Source of the DNA: Basidiobolus meristosporus CBS 931.73
Lineage: Eukaryota > Fungi > Basidiobolomycota
Assembly: GCA_002104905.1 (NCBI GenBank)
Contig: MCFE01000582.1
Span: 1 to 56,180 of the forward strand
Length of the DNA: 56,180 nucleotides
Reading direction: 5' to 3'
Shown here: positions 1 to 13,300 of the stretch, one piece after another
How positions within the stretch are numbered: the first letter of the stretch is position 1
Layout: each line of letters opens with the position of its first letter
Made by a program: the position numbers and the translations under genes
The notes under the pieces: generated by a model
Databases searched by the model: none
Seen by the model: the letters and a program-made list of their open reading frames with translations, nothing else
What the model was told of the DNA's origin: nothing

Positions 1-1480
1 GCACTGACGTCCGGGATTTTTCGAAAATCGGCCATACATCCCGAAAGTCGCAAGGTTGGCAGGGGAAAAAGTAATGCAAATACTCAATGCCAAGGGCCAT
101 TCCCACACCAACATAGGTACTGAACCCCAGTACCCTGCTTAGCCAGTATAGAGACAATATAATTTCGAGATGACCACTCCAGATTACTCTTGCGTCTATG
201 TGCATCCTCAAAATCTTCTCTATATCGTTCACCATGTGCTTGTTTATATAGTCTTCTGCATAGCTGAGTTGACCAGAGCGACTCGATAAGGTAAATGCCT
301 TGCGATATGTGCTTGTCAAAAGCACATATCGTATTCTTTCCATAGCGGCTGAAAAGAACTGATTGCGGTGGTTACAGAAAAATGAACGGGTCATTGTGGT
401 CACAAAGAATGCTCCTATCAATTCACCTCGTTTAGAAAGCATTAAAGAACTTCGAGATCATACTTCATACCAGCAATTGCATAACCGCGATTGGGCGACT
501 CGGGACGGTCCGTTTTCTGGCTGGTTACAAACTCCATCAGATAGCCAAGAAGTAGAAGCTCGATATAAAAGATACATATCTCGGCCATTTGCAGTAACAC
601 TCCGCATAATAACGGAAACCAAGCTAGCTTACCCAGAGCCCGAGCCAAGGATGGTGCACCACGCTTTCTGTTGAGCTCCTGCTGCCACAAAATGTCGAAT
701 TGGTGCGTGTCATATTCTGCATCTTCATTGGTTTGCAGATTATCAATTGAAGGCTGGTGTTTACAAGTTCCTCGAAACATGCTAACCCAATCACATATGA
801 AAGGAACTTGACCTCCAGACTTCCGAACCTCAGCCTCGCGCTGAGAGATCAGCTCTAGTACAAAGATAACTATCTCAAGGGTCCCGAGGATGACCACAGA
901 CTTGAACTCCAACGCATCTAGCAGGAAGGCTCCCGAGAACACACTTTTACATAACTGGATCACCCTCACAGCCAATCTTAAGGTCCAGAACACAAGCCAA
1001 ATACGAGAAACTCGGCGATGGCACAAACTATCTATTCTGTGAACTACCAGAATAGAAAACTAACTTCATAATTAGCATTGATCAGCGTTTCATCCATGAG
1101 CTGAATCCTTACCAGGCAAACCAGATTGACCAGAATGGAAGCAAGACCGCAAATGTTAAGTCTCTGGGTATTAGTTGCTTGCACTACCAACCTCACTCCC
1201 CAAGCCAATGTCAAGCAGAATATCAGAAAGATGGAAACCTAGTAGAAAACCAACGTAAGTCTCAACTCCTTACTTCCGTTTCAGAAACACCAACCATTTT
1301 CGCCCGAAGATACATAACGTCGTGGTGGATTTTGGGAGGCTTAGCACCGTCACGGTGGTTTAATAAGCGAGGTAAACCAAACAGGAGGAAAAGCACCGCA
1401 GGAATCATCGAGATCACTCTAAAACAATGTCACTTGTGAGCGCCCACTCACTGTCAAATAGAAGCAAACAAGTACCCATG
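1..1480 (-). CDS. ABCC/MRP-type ABC transporter, 5' part (TMD0, linker, start of TMD1); multi-exon, runs off the left edge
   Basis: Spliced minus-strand exons read VISMIPAVLFLLFGLPRL, VSIFLIFCLTLAWG, ORF 442-1026 (LWQQEL...PSLARAL lasso/linker motif) and then IGAFFVTT...RYVLLTSTYRKAF...HMVNDIEK...WSGHLEIILSLYWL, typical of ABCC TMD1. The start codon is uncertain. Confidence 0.85.
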
Positions 1481-3853
1481 CTCGAGACCGATGGTATAGT
1501 CAAATATTCGATGGTCTGGCCACCATCTCTAATGACCTTACTGGTTAGTATTGAGTCGCAACGACCGGAAAGTGCAAACCGTACCCAACTCCTTGCATTC
1601 GAGCTGAACCAGGCTGTTGGATCCATTTCTTATGATGGTAGACACGTTTGTAGGGACTGCATCTAGCGGCTAGTGGCTTTAAACCATTATATTCCAGCGC
1701 CGGTTTCGTAAATGGTCTATCTTTATGGATTGCATAAGCAAGATATGCTAACAAAGAAAATCAGGGTTCGGTCGTGGACACCTACATTTAACCAATTCCG
1801 GAAAAATTACTACAAATGCAAACAACTGGGTTGCTCTGGGCATAACTTAAGATCTATTGGTACCAGTTGGGCTCGGTTATGGTTGGGGTCAAGGCTAATC
1901 CATTACCATGCTTCCATAGTTGTAGTGAGGCTTTGTCAAGCCGTCAGATCACCATATCTAGACCTGGCGTAACGCATGATTGTTACCGTACGATGCTCTG
2001 ATTTGATTACTCTGTTAGCCGTGTGGGTAGTTGGTTGGCCTTATTGAGCATGAATGGCTTTGAAGCCCAAACCATAATGGAATAGATTCAACATCTAAGA
2101 GAGCTTCAATATGTACTAGTGTAGTAGCTTAAATAGTAGCTAAAGGACCCATTGACCGAGTCCTTCAGGATTGCATCCACCACGTACTTGCCAAGCAGCC
2201 TCGATCAAGTCTAGTATGGTAAAATTCAACTGATGGCTAAATGTTGCACCATGTGGGTTCTTAGCAGATTATCTGATACTACCAATGCAAGCATTGGTGG
2301 TGCTATTTAAATACATCTGTAATGTTATCGCAGTAATCGGATAGATTTGCCATTAGTGTTTATTTAGATAATATACTGGAATACTGATGGGACTTCAACG
2401 GCCTTCAATCACAAGGGAAACTGAATCTCTCAAGTGGAAAAAAGAGATCAGGAAGTGAACTGGCGTATTTAGAATGGATTTTTTGGTTTTTAAGAATGAG
2501 CCGGAGAATCCTCATATTTTCAACGTTTCCACCATTCTAAGGAATCTACAAATCAATCTTGCGACCTTAATTCCCCTAGTACTCACATTATGTTGATAGC
2601 TTGATTTATCATAATTCTCTAGCTTTCCTGTCAAGTGTTGTATTGTCAATACCCACTACTATTCAACATCGCAGCAAATCACATAACAATGAGAATGGGT
2701 ATTACTCCGACGTGAGAACCATGAATGTCCCGCAAATCCCAAATATACGCCTATTTGGTAGCAGCAGCTTAGATTTGCAACCCCCTCAAATAACATCCGC
2801 CTCCTATTCACCTCCACGCCTTTCAATCCTTACTCACAAAAGCATGGATGACCTAGGCACAAATTTGACTATAGGAGCATCTGGCAATATTATTCATAAA
2901 CATATGCAGTACACGCATTGATCACTGGGTACACAACTAGCCAGGATATTGTTAAGATGCATCTTACGCAGCGTGGACTGTACCCCGTTAATGGCCTATT
3001 TTTAGCCGCTGGGACGGATGAACCGCGCTATTCACATACATCCATTGTCAAGAGTATTCCTGTGCCTATCGTTAGGCCTGCCACGTTCGGTCAATCAATT
3101 GGGACCGGTACGCTTGTCAATGACCTCGCTAAGGTAATCTGCAATTGTGACGTGTTCAGATAGAACCTACGCTACTGATCCAGATGTATCGGAGCGCACC
3201 AACCATATTGACACGAGATTCCTACTATGTTCATAGATCAAGCTTGTGCTAGCGATCTCTATGAACCTCGTGAGATAGAAGTCACTCATGGAAACACTGT
3301 TTCTTCGATTGTACTCCAAGTGGTCAGACTCACCAGCACGCATTCTGGAAGCCTGGTTGATAGATCGCAATTAATGCGAATGGGTTACCGCGATATACTA
3401 CCATGGGCCTTGTTCTGTACCGAGAGTTCCATGGACTATTCCCCATGGTATATCCAGCCTGGTGCTTTCAAGTAAGGAGCCTCCATTTCGACCATCTCCT
3501 ACATAGCTCTGGGCGTATCATCATGGTGAGGGATCTTAGGAGTATTATCCGCAATATGGATGAGCGTCGGGAATTTAAAGGGCATCAAAACCTTATTTGA
3601 ACCTGTCAACTTCAATGGATGAGGGACCATGGTACCATGTCCATCTGATAGCTAGGATGCCTGACTATTTTGGTTATATAATACGGAAAATACTGTTGGT
3701 CAATACATATCCCTGGCCTCCGCCGTAGTGCCATTGGGGATTCGTTCAATTCAGGGAGGTATCCACTATTCAAGAAACAAGCAGCCATAAATACGTGGCT
3801 GTACACCGCGGCCCCCAACGAGAAATACCTCGCCTTAGAATCACCTACTACTC

Positions 3854-4929
3854 ATGAAGTGGATCCTCCTCCTCGCCTCTCTCTCGGCATTGCATAATCT
3901 CGCGGGGGCGAGCACCCATTTCAAGCGTCAAGAAATTGCCACCTTGGAAAATCACGAACTAGATGTACTTAAATCACATGCCAAATATGCCTCGGCAGCT
4001 TATTGCCCAGAAGTTAAACTGACCAATTGGACATGCGGTGACCATTGTCTTGGAAAGTTCACCATGACTTCCTATTTTACCAGCAAAATTTCAGGAATTG
4101 CCGGCTACATGGGTTTCAATAGGGTGGAGAAGAAGATTGTCATATCATTTCGGGGGTATGTTTCTTCAGTTCAGGTTGCACACCAATCGTTCTACGCTAA
4201 CACTTTCATAGCACTTCGAATCTGTCCAACTGGTTTAGAAACTTGGCCATGTATCACAACACATTCGTTTATCCCACGGCAGATAGATCTGTAAAGGTGC
4301 ACAGTGGGTTTTATAAAACTTACCAAAGTGTTGAGAAGTCCATTCGCGAAGGGCTCCAAGGGATATTAAAGCAGCTGAGAAACGAAACAGAGCCCTACAA
4401 ACTGGTGATCACTGGACATTCATTGGTAAGAAGGGAAGACTTCCCAACCTTGTCCACCGTCAGTCTAATCTAAGGAATCATATTCTAGGGAGGAGCCGTC
4501 GCAAGCTTCTGTGCCATGGACATCAAGAGGTTCTATCTGAATCCCGAGAGTGATTTGTGCTTCGAGAGGGACTTGCTGATCGTGGACCGTTCTCAAATAT
4601 ACCTTCATACCTTTGGGCAGCCAAGAGCTGGCAATGCAAAGTTCGCCCAGTTAGTCTACAATACCTTTGGTGCCAACACAACTCGTCAAACGCTGGCCAG
4701 AGTTACGAATAAGAATGACCCTGTACCACGGCTTCCGCCTCATTTTGGGGGATATCTGCATCATCCCCATGAAATTTACATCAAACACGACCAGAATACC
4801 ATTGCCTGTACGGACGTTGTCGAACAAAAGGTTAGGGAAGATCCTAATTGCATAGACAGTGTGACCCTCCCAGTCGGACTTAGTGCGCACTCTCAATTTT
4901 GGGGAATCACTTTTGGCTACGGGTGCTGA
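3854..4929 (+). CDS. Secreted class-3 triacylglycerol lipase, 3 exons
   Basis: Signal peptide MKWILLLASLSALHNLAGA, Kex2-like KR site, YASAAYC, IVISFRG. The GHSL|GG nucleophile elbow is split by an intron (about 4427-4488). NDPVPRLPP (Asp) and AHSQFWG (His) complete the triad. Confidence 0.93.
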
Positions 4930-6380
4930 TGGCCATTCCGCAAGAGCACGTGACCTACTGCATGCCGATTCCCATAGATTTTCTGACCAACGTTCTATTT
5001 CTGCCTATCTAACAGAAACTCATTGTTCATATATACAAGCAATCAGGAGCCAGTCACCAACTCTAATAATAAATACTTGATGAATGAAGATACACACCAG
5101 CACACCTCAAGCGAAGCTAGGGTCCGTGAAATGATTTACTGCTGGATGACCACCCCTCTCCGGATTGGTTAGAGCATCACCGGCTCAGGGAAACCCTGAA
5201 CAAGAAACCTAGAAAACGACCTTTTCCATAACCTGATGCTTGGCGAACAGCAAAACACCTCGGTTAGGCGGAGTAGTTTTACCGCCTTAGTTACACAGAG
5301 TGATACAGATCTACTGTAGTTAACGCAACGATGTCACTTCTAAATACAGTATAGCACTTGGATGGTTAATTACCATTTTGGTGGTAGCTAGGGCCCTTTC
5401 CCGAAATCAGTCACAGTCGAGAGCACGCGCATCCAGCACACAGGCGGCATAGGGGAGTATACCCAAGATCCAGTTTGACTCGGGAGAGACAGATCCCACG
5501 TGTATAGAAGGCAAGTCATTTCTATTTCGCTTTCCACGACCCATCTAGGCAACGGTCCCAAAGCGATCACAAGTAAATATAAGCACAGCTTCCTATATCC
5601 CACTCGAGCTTTCCAAATACCGATCCAAAAACATCCCCCACCACAAGAAGCCATGAGGGTAATTTCCTAACATACCAATCCTTGATTTGTTATGACCCAA
5701 GCCAGGTGATGATCGCTCCAAGGATTTTGTTTATTAGAATCCAGTTTGGAAGGAGGCTTTTGAATGTAATCATATATACGGCGACTGAAAACTTGACGAT
5801 ATGCTTAAAAAAATATCCGGAGGAGTGCCACACCGACTATCCCGCCCACTACCAATCGCCCATAGGTAGGTATGTATTCATTGGTGCATAATCAAATCGA
5901 GTAGTAAACAAACCACTCGTCATCAATGGCAGTAGCGAACCCAAGTTGACTTTGCCATCATGCTACCCTTCGTGAACGTTGTGCTTGATTGCATACATGA
6001 GCTGTCCCTTGTCAGCTTCTGTAAGACTAGCCCCATTAAACATGCGCGGTAGTGGCACAGTCTGTGGGTTCTTTGCGGATCAACGACTGTCGTGAGACTG
6101 TGGAGTGGTTTATCAGAACACAGTGACACATACATGTCTGGCTAGAATAGGAGCGATCAGTGAGGATCGGAACGTAGGACTTATTTTTAATTTACATTAC
6201 ATGACAAAAAGTCCGGGTAACCAATAGAGATAGGCATTGTGATGGATCCAACCCACTCACCATTTTCAGACATAAAAATAACATCTGGTGTTTTTCTCTG
6301 ATTCTGGCTAAATATAAGAACACGGTCCTGAACACTGCTCCCATATTGCACCATTCCTCTGGACAACACTCCTTAACAAA

Positions 6381-7655
6381 ATGTCAATCGCCATCGAACA
6401 ATGCAATGCCTTGAGTCAGACAGGTGTCCCTCAGTGGAATTTTTCCCCAAGCAATCCTTGTGATTGTGGTAACGGACTACTCTACTTCGGTTGTCAAGAA
6501 GACAAGATCAATCAAATGTTCGTATGCTTGTGTAGCGTTGTAGCATGGTCCACCATTAGCTTACCACCTTTCTCAGCACATTAACCTGTCCTGACGACAA
6601 GCCCGTGAAACTGATTTCCGCTTTGGAAAAGATCCCTACTTTGCAAAGATTGTAAATACTTGGCCTTATCATCCTACCGAAAAGCAACTAACAGCCTTGT
6701 ACCTATAGAGTCGTCAACAACTGCAACTTGGCAGATGATAATCCCGATTACCTCCAGGTCGCACATAATCTGCAATACATGTAAGTCAGGTCATTTCTAA
6801 TCCCCGCTCTTTTGCGTACTAATTTTGCCTAGCGGTTTTATCAATGTCACTATGACCCCTCCCCTCCCTCAACAACTGTTTACCAAAGGACGCTTTGTCG
6901 AGTAAGGTTTCTTCGAGAACTTGATTTGTTAACCTCAGCTGACCAAACTCTTTCAATCAGCTTTTCGTTGACCAATCCCGCAGTCAATCTGGAGATGATC
7001 AGCTTCCGTTCAGAGTCTCCTGCATGTCTTGATGGTAAAAGTCCTGAAGCTTTCAAGTGTTCGGAACTACTTGATTGTGGCTCCGTTTCATGCAGAGGTA
7101 CGCTCACCACGATCTAGTCGTTATATGTGTAGATTACTAACACGGATCCTAGATATGGATAAGCCCCCATACCTAGCCACCCAACCCTCCGTATCCTCAG
7201 TCCGCCCTAGCTCCTCCACCGACTTAGCACATAGCTCTTCTACTAGTCACACATCCGATTCCCCAGCCCATACCTCATCCATTACACATTCTTCTGACAC
7301 CTCCGTCAACTCGCCGATCAGTCACTCCAGTCACACTGTCGACGCTAGCAGCCATCCTACTAGTCGTCCGGTAGAGTCTAGCAAGTCGGCGGATCAACCA
7401 TATAGCACCTCAAAGGGTCAGCATGTCAGTTCCTCAATTGATAGCACATCCGTACCAGTCAAATCATCTGCTGCTGTGTCTAGTTCATCAACTTCAGCAG
7501 CCCATTCCGACTCTGAAGCAAAGCCCTCTGGCGAACCAGAACCCCCTGTTGCCGAGTCCCACCACAGTCTTGCGTCCAAGCAAGATATTCAACTCACCTT
7601 GTATGGAGTTCTTGGAGCCTTGATGATGTTGGTTTGTATCCCTGGATTGGTTTAA
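6381..7655 (+). CDS. Putative GPI-anchored cell-surface protein: Cys-containing N-domain, Ser/Thr/His-rich stalk, hydrophobic C-terminus; multi-exon, 5' end uncertain
   Basis: Exon pieces QCNALSQ...CDCGNGLLYFGC, LISALEKIPTLQRL, VVNNCNLADDNPDYL, CLDGKSPEAFKCSELLDCGSVSC. The last exon is S/T-rich and ends LYGVLGALMMLVCIPGLV*. No clear signal peptide was located. Confidence 0.6.
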
Positions 7656-7758
7656 CCAACGCTGTCGAAGCTTAATATTTTATATATATCCTACGTATCC
7701 GCAACATAAATAACTTTCTATTATACGAGCATCAATAAACAAATCTGGCAATTGTAGA

Positions 7759-8465
7759 CTACGGATCGAGTGAATGGAATTCCACCTGGATCGTCATTGG
7801 TGTTCGATCAATTGTTCGTCTTGAAAAGGAAGTTGCTCTGGACCCAATTGGGTTGCTGAAGTATGCTTTTACGTAAGGTCCAAAGAGATCTATGATGGTT
7901 GGATTTGCAGTAATTTCGCTTGAGATCTTATACATAACCATACCACTCAACACGTCTTTCAAGGATCGTCCTTCACTAGCTGTTGGCTGGTACAATGTCT
8001 ACCATCTTATTCTTTGGAAATAATGTCGTGTTTAATAGGATTCGAAACTCAACAAGTGCAGTTCGAAGCGAATCATGGAAAGATGTCTGGGTTGGGAGAG
8101 GCGAGACCGTTGAAATATACTTCACCCACCAAGCTTCTAATATGGATGCCAGTCAGTACATCACGAAGCATAGAATTCATATGCAGTGGTTGGATAAGGC
8201 TGGCGGGATAATTTGTAGCCTCGAGCATCTTCAATAGCTCGTATTTTGACGGTGAGTGGTAAAGGTGTGCGGGTCCATTTGTCTTTATTCGTAGGACTGT
8301 ATTCAATAGCCATGTAGCACCGAGTCCATTTGGGATGAGTACAGGGTGCTAAAACAATGTATCTAGATCACAAAATGGGTTTCCGTATGAAAACAGGTGG
8401 GCGGATGCTGTTTTTACAAGGTGGTGTCCATGGTCATTTGACCAAGACCGACAAATTGTGGCCAT
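7759..8465 (-). CDS. Hypothetical multi-exon protein
   Basis: A chain of open frames (MATICRSWSNDHGHH..., HPVLIPNGLGATWLL..., EAWWVKYIS..., SEGRSLKDVLSG...HSLDP*) separated by intron-sized gaps. No family recognised. Confidence 0.35.
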
Positions 8466-8542
8466 GGAGAGAATGGCTGAAACATACGAGTAACTGAAGG
8501 GAAGATATGGCGTATTTATTTTTAACCGAGTTTTCAATCGCA

Positions 8543-9221
8543 TTAGATCTAGAAAAGTAACGGGCTCTGTTAGCAAGTGTTTTCAAACCAGAAGGCAACG
8601 CAAACCTCGTTACATCATCAATCTCGAAGTCAAAGTCAATCTCGTCATCTTCAGGGCCGAAAGTCTCGGTTTCGTTGATTTTAGCTTTGGATAGAATGTT
8701 ATTAAAGTGTTGATAGTAAGCAACCCATGGTCAACCATACCAGATTCAGGAAGTTCACCATAGGATTTCAGGCTTCTAGCTTCATCAGCATTGTACTTGA
8801 GGATGACATCGGCCTTGTCATCCTGGAATTCACGAAGGGAGATCAAGACGATGTCACCTTGATTAATCCAGACCTTCTTTCTCATTTTGCCACGAATGTG
8901 AGCCAATCTTTTTTCTCCGTCGAAGCACTGAGCCTCTATACGGCCGTTACCAAGCATCTTTATGACCTGGGCGTATTCTTGATTCCGTTGTACCACAGTT
9001 AGCTGATATTCCATCAAGATTGCTAGTCGATAGTACTGCCTCACTCACCTTGGCCTTCCTCTTTGAAGACAAGCTCACGCTTATCACCTTCACTCTCATT
9101 CTTTCCTCTGCGTCTATTTTTTCCTCCCTAAATTCAAGATGGGTAGGTGGTGTAAGTGAACGGGGCTTTCTGTGTTCAAGAGTCGTCGTTCTTGCTGTAC
9201 CTTTCCCTTGTTTTTGGGCAT
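8543..9221 (-). CDS. TIF11: Translation initiation factor eIF1A, 5 exons
   Basis: MPKNKGKG|[10 protein letters not shown]...[11 protein letters not shown]|[13 protein letters not shown]...[12 protein letters not shown]...GELPES|[10 protein letters not shown]...FEIDD|I*. All introns are GT-AG. Confidence 0.97.
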
Positions 9222-9684
9222 GGTGAATGTATTCTACAGATACGTAGTGAACAACTAGAAAGCAGCTAACCAGGAGGATATAGCTTACTTTAACTGAAAA
9301 TTTTAAGGGATTTTCCGTAGTGTGCTCCCTAAAATAGATTACTATTTCGCAATCGGATGATGGATCGATATTCCGCAGGAATTGTCCTGGCACGCAATGA
9401 TAGGAATCCCCAGAGTCGCATGGTTTGCCTCGACTTCCTAACGAATGGATTCAATGGATTCATCAGAGTCTTGCAGCGCAAGTGATGTAAGATGATTTCA
9501 GGATACCGAGGCCCTTCCTAATTAGTCGCAGTGATGTTGATTTTCAGCTCTTGTTGGGTTCTAAAATCTGAATCACGAATCCTATTTAGCAGAAATTGCT
9601 GATTGGCCACAGTTTGTGGCATATAGCTCGAATCAATCGGTTTGTTCCGTTTCCCACCTTTCCTTCCCCCCTGAACCGTGCAAA

Positions 9685-9948
9685 ATGGTAGGCATATCGT
9701 AGCGGCCCGACCATTCGCCTGACATCTGTCACTAAGCACGTCTCATCCATTCCGCGGGGTAAAGTTCACGGCTCCCTTGCTCGTGCCGGTAAAGTCAAAT
9801 CCCAATGCCCCAAGGTTGAGAAACAGGAGAAAAAGAAGAAGAAGACTGGCCGTGCCAAGAAGAGAATTCAATACAACCGTCGTTTCGTCAACGTCACCAA
9901 TCTGATCGGTGGTAAGCGGAGAATGAACCCTGCCCCAACCTCCGATAA
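9685..9948 (+). CDS. RPS30: 40S ribosomal protein eS30 (non-ubiquitin-fused); acceptor and stop anomalous (see findings)
   Basis: ATG at 9685, then an intron, then [46 protein letters not shown]...[12 protein letters not shown]. Confidence 0.92.
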
Positions 9949-10227
9949 TGAAGCATTCACCAGGGTACCTCTGCCTCCCCCAAATAAAGAGCCACTTGGA
10001 ACCGACGAATATTGCAATTTTCTGGCACAGAGCTGCTCTCAGATGCATTCCATTTCCTCGGGGCCTTGGCTCAGTTCAATTCTTCCCACTAGGGTGCTGG
10101 CATTAGCAGTGTATATCGTTACGCAGATGCGAACCAACAATAATCAAGTTGTAACCAATTTGGTTGTGTCAGTAAAGTGGGATCACTCTAGTGGTGGCGG
10201 TGCTCAACTTTCCAAGATTGATGTGAT

Positions 10228-11199
10228 TTATTTATTGGCCATCAGCCTTTGGATCTGGTTCATTATCAACGGCGGCGTGCAGTTGCCTAACCAGCAAATG
10301 ACGTGAACTATGAATGGAAAGGAGATGGTTTCATCCCTGCGTGCAATGCCTTGGACAATGATCTTGGCCGTCTTGTTGACTGGCTGTAGAAATGGAAGCT
10401 TATGCTTTTTCTCCCTTGGATTGTTGCGGGTCAACGGAGTATCCACAAACCCGGGACATACACAGGTTGTATAGATGTTGTCTTTCTTGAGTTGAGATCC
10501 TAAGTCACGAACATATCGAAATACCGCGGCCTTAGAAGCGCCGTAGCTAGCCAGCACGGGGGGACCGTAGAAAGAAGATGTCGAGCAAGTAGCTACGACA
10601 TGTCCGTTCTTGCGAGTCTTGAACAACGATATGGCGGGGTTAATGGTATTGATCACACCCAGAAGATTGACTTCAAACGTCTTCCTGGCATCATCCTCCC
10701 ATCCGGAATAGTTGGTCAATTGAGTTGTGCCGTCGTGGGGAAAAATGAAAATACCAGCATTGGCGATGACTAGATCCATTTCATTCTTGTCGAAATCCTT
10801 GATAAGCTGTTGCATCTCTTCGGCTTTGCGCACATCAGCAATATAAGTAAACACTTTGATTTTTGGGGAGAGGTTACGTATCTCTTGGGCGGTCTTTTCC
10901 AGCTGCTCTTCATTGATGTCGACCAAACCAAGAGAAACGGTAGTATCAAGAGAAGCATAGATGTGTGCAAGTTCACGCCCAATACCAGTAGCGGCCCCAG
11001 TGATCAGGATGCTCTTATACACTCCATGGCTAGCCTCCCCGTTCAGCAATACAAGCTTCTTCTTAAATAGATAGCTTTTGAGCTGGTTCACCAGCCCAAC
11101 CCCAAGATTGACCAGACTGGCAGGTAGAACAACAAATGTTAGCCAGGCAATAGACAAGAGTGTTATTACTGGAGTAAGCAATATACTGTCGGTGGTCAT
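10228..11199 (-). CDS. Short-chain dehydrogenase/reductase with N-terminal membrane anchor, intronless
   Basis: [11 protein letters not shown], catalytic YGASK, CPGFVDT motifs. Confidence 0.93.
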   Translation of the reverse strand: MTTDSILLTPVITLLSIAWLTFVVLPASLVNLGVGLVNQLKSYLFKKKLVLLNGEASHGVYKSILITGAATGIGRELAHIYASLDTTVSLGLVDINEEQLEKTAQEIRNLSPKIKVFTYIADVRKAEEMQQLIKDFDKNEMDLVIANAGIFIFPHDGTTQLTNYSGWEDDARKTFEVNLLGVINTINPAISLFKTRKNGHVVATCSTSSFYGPPVLASYGASKAAVFRYVRDLGSQLKKDNIYTTCVCPGFVDTPLTRNNPREKKHKLPFLQPVNKTAKIIVQGIARRDETISFPFIVHVICWLGNCTPPLIMNQIQRLMANK

Positions 11200-12929
11200 A
11201 GTAAAGGTTGCATAGAGGGTTCACCATCTCCGTGCATCCTGTCCTTGTTTATAAAGGAGATGCACTTGAAATTTTACCAATCATTCGGTAGCTATCTATG
11301 CTACACAATGCTGTGCCACCTGAAGGCTTACTTGGTCGTATTGCATTTGTATTCGCCGAGATGCTAATTCGTTACATTAGTACAACGAATTCCGAATCAT
11401 CTTTCAGATGTTAATTTGTTGCTTGATACGGAGCTGTGAAAAGGATGATCAGGCTCATTAAACCTTGGTTTTAACCCTCAGCCAGGCATCCCAACAAAGC
11501 GGATATCGCCATGGCGGGGTTTTTCTAGGGCTACGTATTTCGGGACCAGATAGTGAGGATATGAGTCAGCATGACCACAGTAAGTATTGATGATCAGGGG
11601 CAAGAACGATTAGCTTCTACTCCATCCCCAAATAGTCATCCGGATAAATAGCTCTTTAACCAACCCTTGTGCTCAACAATTCGCATTCTTGGATGTTAGT
11701 AAGGCCATAGCACAAGTGTGAACGATATCATCTATCGTGCCAGGACGCCAAGAACATATATGCTTCACACGGCCTATATTTTCCTAAGGTCAGCTAGCCA
11801 GCTTCATTCTGGAGATTAGCAGTTGATGTGCTACTGAGAGGATGAAAACGCGGAAACGGAACACAGTCTAGGCACTAATTATTCAAACTCCAAGACTGTT
11901 ACTTGGTTGCCGCTTACTAAGTAGGATTCTATTTGGCGTCAGCTGAGCAGTGAATAAACTAAGCAAAAATAGAAGTTTAAATTGAATACTAGTTTTTTAT
12001 GTGACTTGGTAGCACGTTGCTTTTGTAGTACTAAACTTGCTCCGCCATAAAGTATGATCATACACAATACCCAGACATTCAACAGGGCTTTCCTATTGCA
12101 AAGGATTAGTATTGCATCTGCTAATATATGCACTGAAGCTTTATACCCGGCCAGTATGTTACCAATTCCACTGCAACCTTCGCAAAATCTTCAAAATTGC
12201 CCAAGTACTAGAAAGATGGATTTACATAGGTGGTCCTGGCCACTGTAATTAATTAGCTCGGATATTTTATATTACCATTGCTATGGTAAATTGCAACTGG
12301 ACTAATTGTCAGAGGACTTTTTGTTCAAATGAAATTATTTACTCTTTATTTAGTGCTGAGCTCAAGAGCTGTAACGCTCGTCAAATACCTGTATGAGCCA
12401 ATAAGTGAATACAATAAATAGTACTTAGGCTTGTCAAATCACTTTCAATGCTCTGCAATATCCATATCTTAGTGTATTGTATGGTATTTTGTGCAGTGGA
12501 GTTATATCAAGGAAGCTTTGCCATGTATGTGATGTGTCCAATACACATTAGTAGCTCAACTCCACTTTCTTGCAAGCTCGAGGGAAGCTCGATGGTCCTA
12601 TTGCAACATTACTAGTCTTATTTATTCTAAATCCTGAGCTTTTGATCAAGCTTTTTGTTACAGTAAGCCAGTGTTGATAGAAGATTCATAACCTCGGAAT
12701 TATCCAGCTGTCCCTTGATAAACACTCAGCTCGAAGTCTGAGTAAAAATGGGTAGACTTTCCATTTCTTGAACAGTTGTTGAAAATAGTTTGCATCAGGA
12801 GAAATAGAAGATTGCATATGCTGGTATGTATTAATTTGCAAGTTATTAATTGTGAAGCCCCAAATTCCAGGGTTTTGTTGATACCATAATTAGTGGATTC
12901 ACCTAACTTTGGCGGTATAGAAACTTCGG

Positions 12930-13300
12930 TGTTGTAAGATTTTGCCAAGTATTGGGAGCCTTATGGAGAGCCTGAGTATTCGTATGACATATGTGCATTA
13001 AGATATATTTCAAAAATAGTTCTGCACATTCTGGAGAAAAGTACAAACTCTATCTCAATTCTTTGAGCCTAGGAGGTATAAAGAATTGGGGCGCTGAGCC
13101 AAATAATCCCAGCATTTAATACTAACAAGATGATGGTACGCTGCTTGAGACCTAATCTCTGAAGTTACAAGGTCCATAAAATGAGGGGCCTTGTACTTAG
13201 CATAGTTGATTTCCATACAGTAACTTTGGGCAAAAATCCCCCTTTCTAAAAAAATTGCGAATAGTTCATCAATTTAGCAAATATCCAGGTATGTTACTTA
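12930..13300 (-). mobile_element. Possible highly decayed LTR relic
   Basis: Starts TGTTGTAAGATTTTGCCAAGTATTGGGAG, resembling the reverse complement of the LTR 3' end seen at 21256 and 50706. AT-rich and CpG-poor. The far end is not defined. Confidence 0.3.

Noticed and set aside
2601-3600. Run of short + strand ORFs (66-106 aa)
   Set aside because: No recognisable motif and no consistent splice pattern; I cannot support a gene.
5155-5200. TTGGTTAGAGC, resembling a tRNA D-arm
   Set aside because: No acceptor stem, anticodon arm or TTCGA T-loop.
1-11199. ABC transporter, lipase and SDR as a possible biosynthetic cluster
   Set aside because: No PKS, NRPS or terpene core gene, and housekeeping genes are interleaved.
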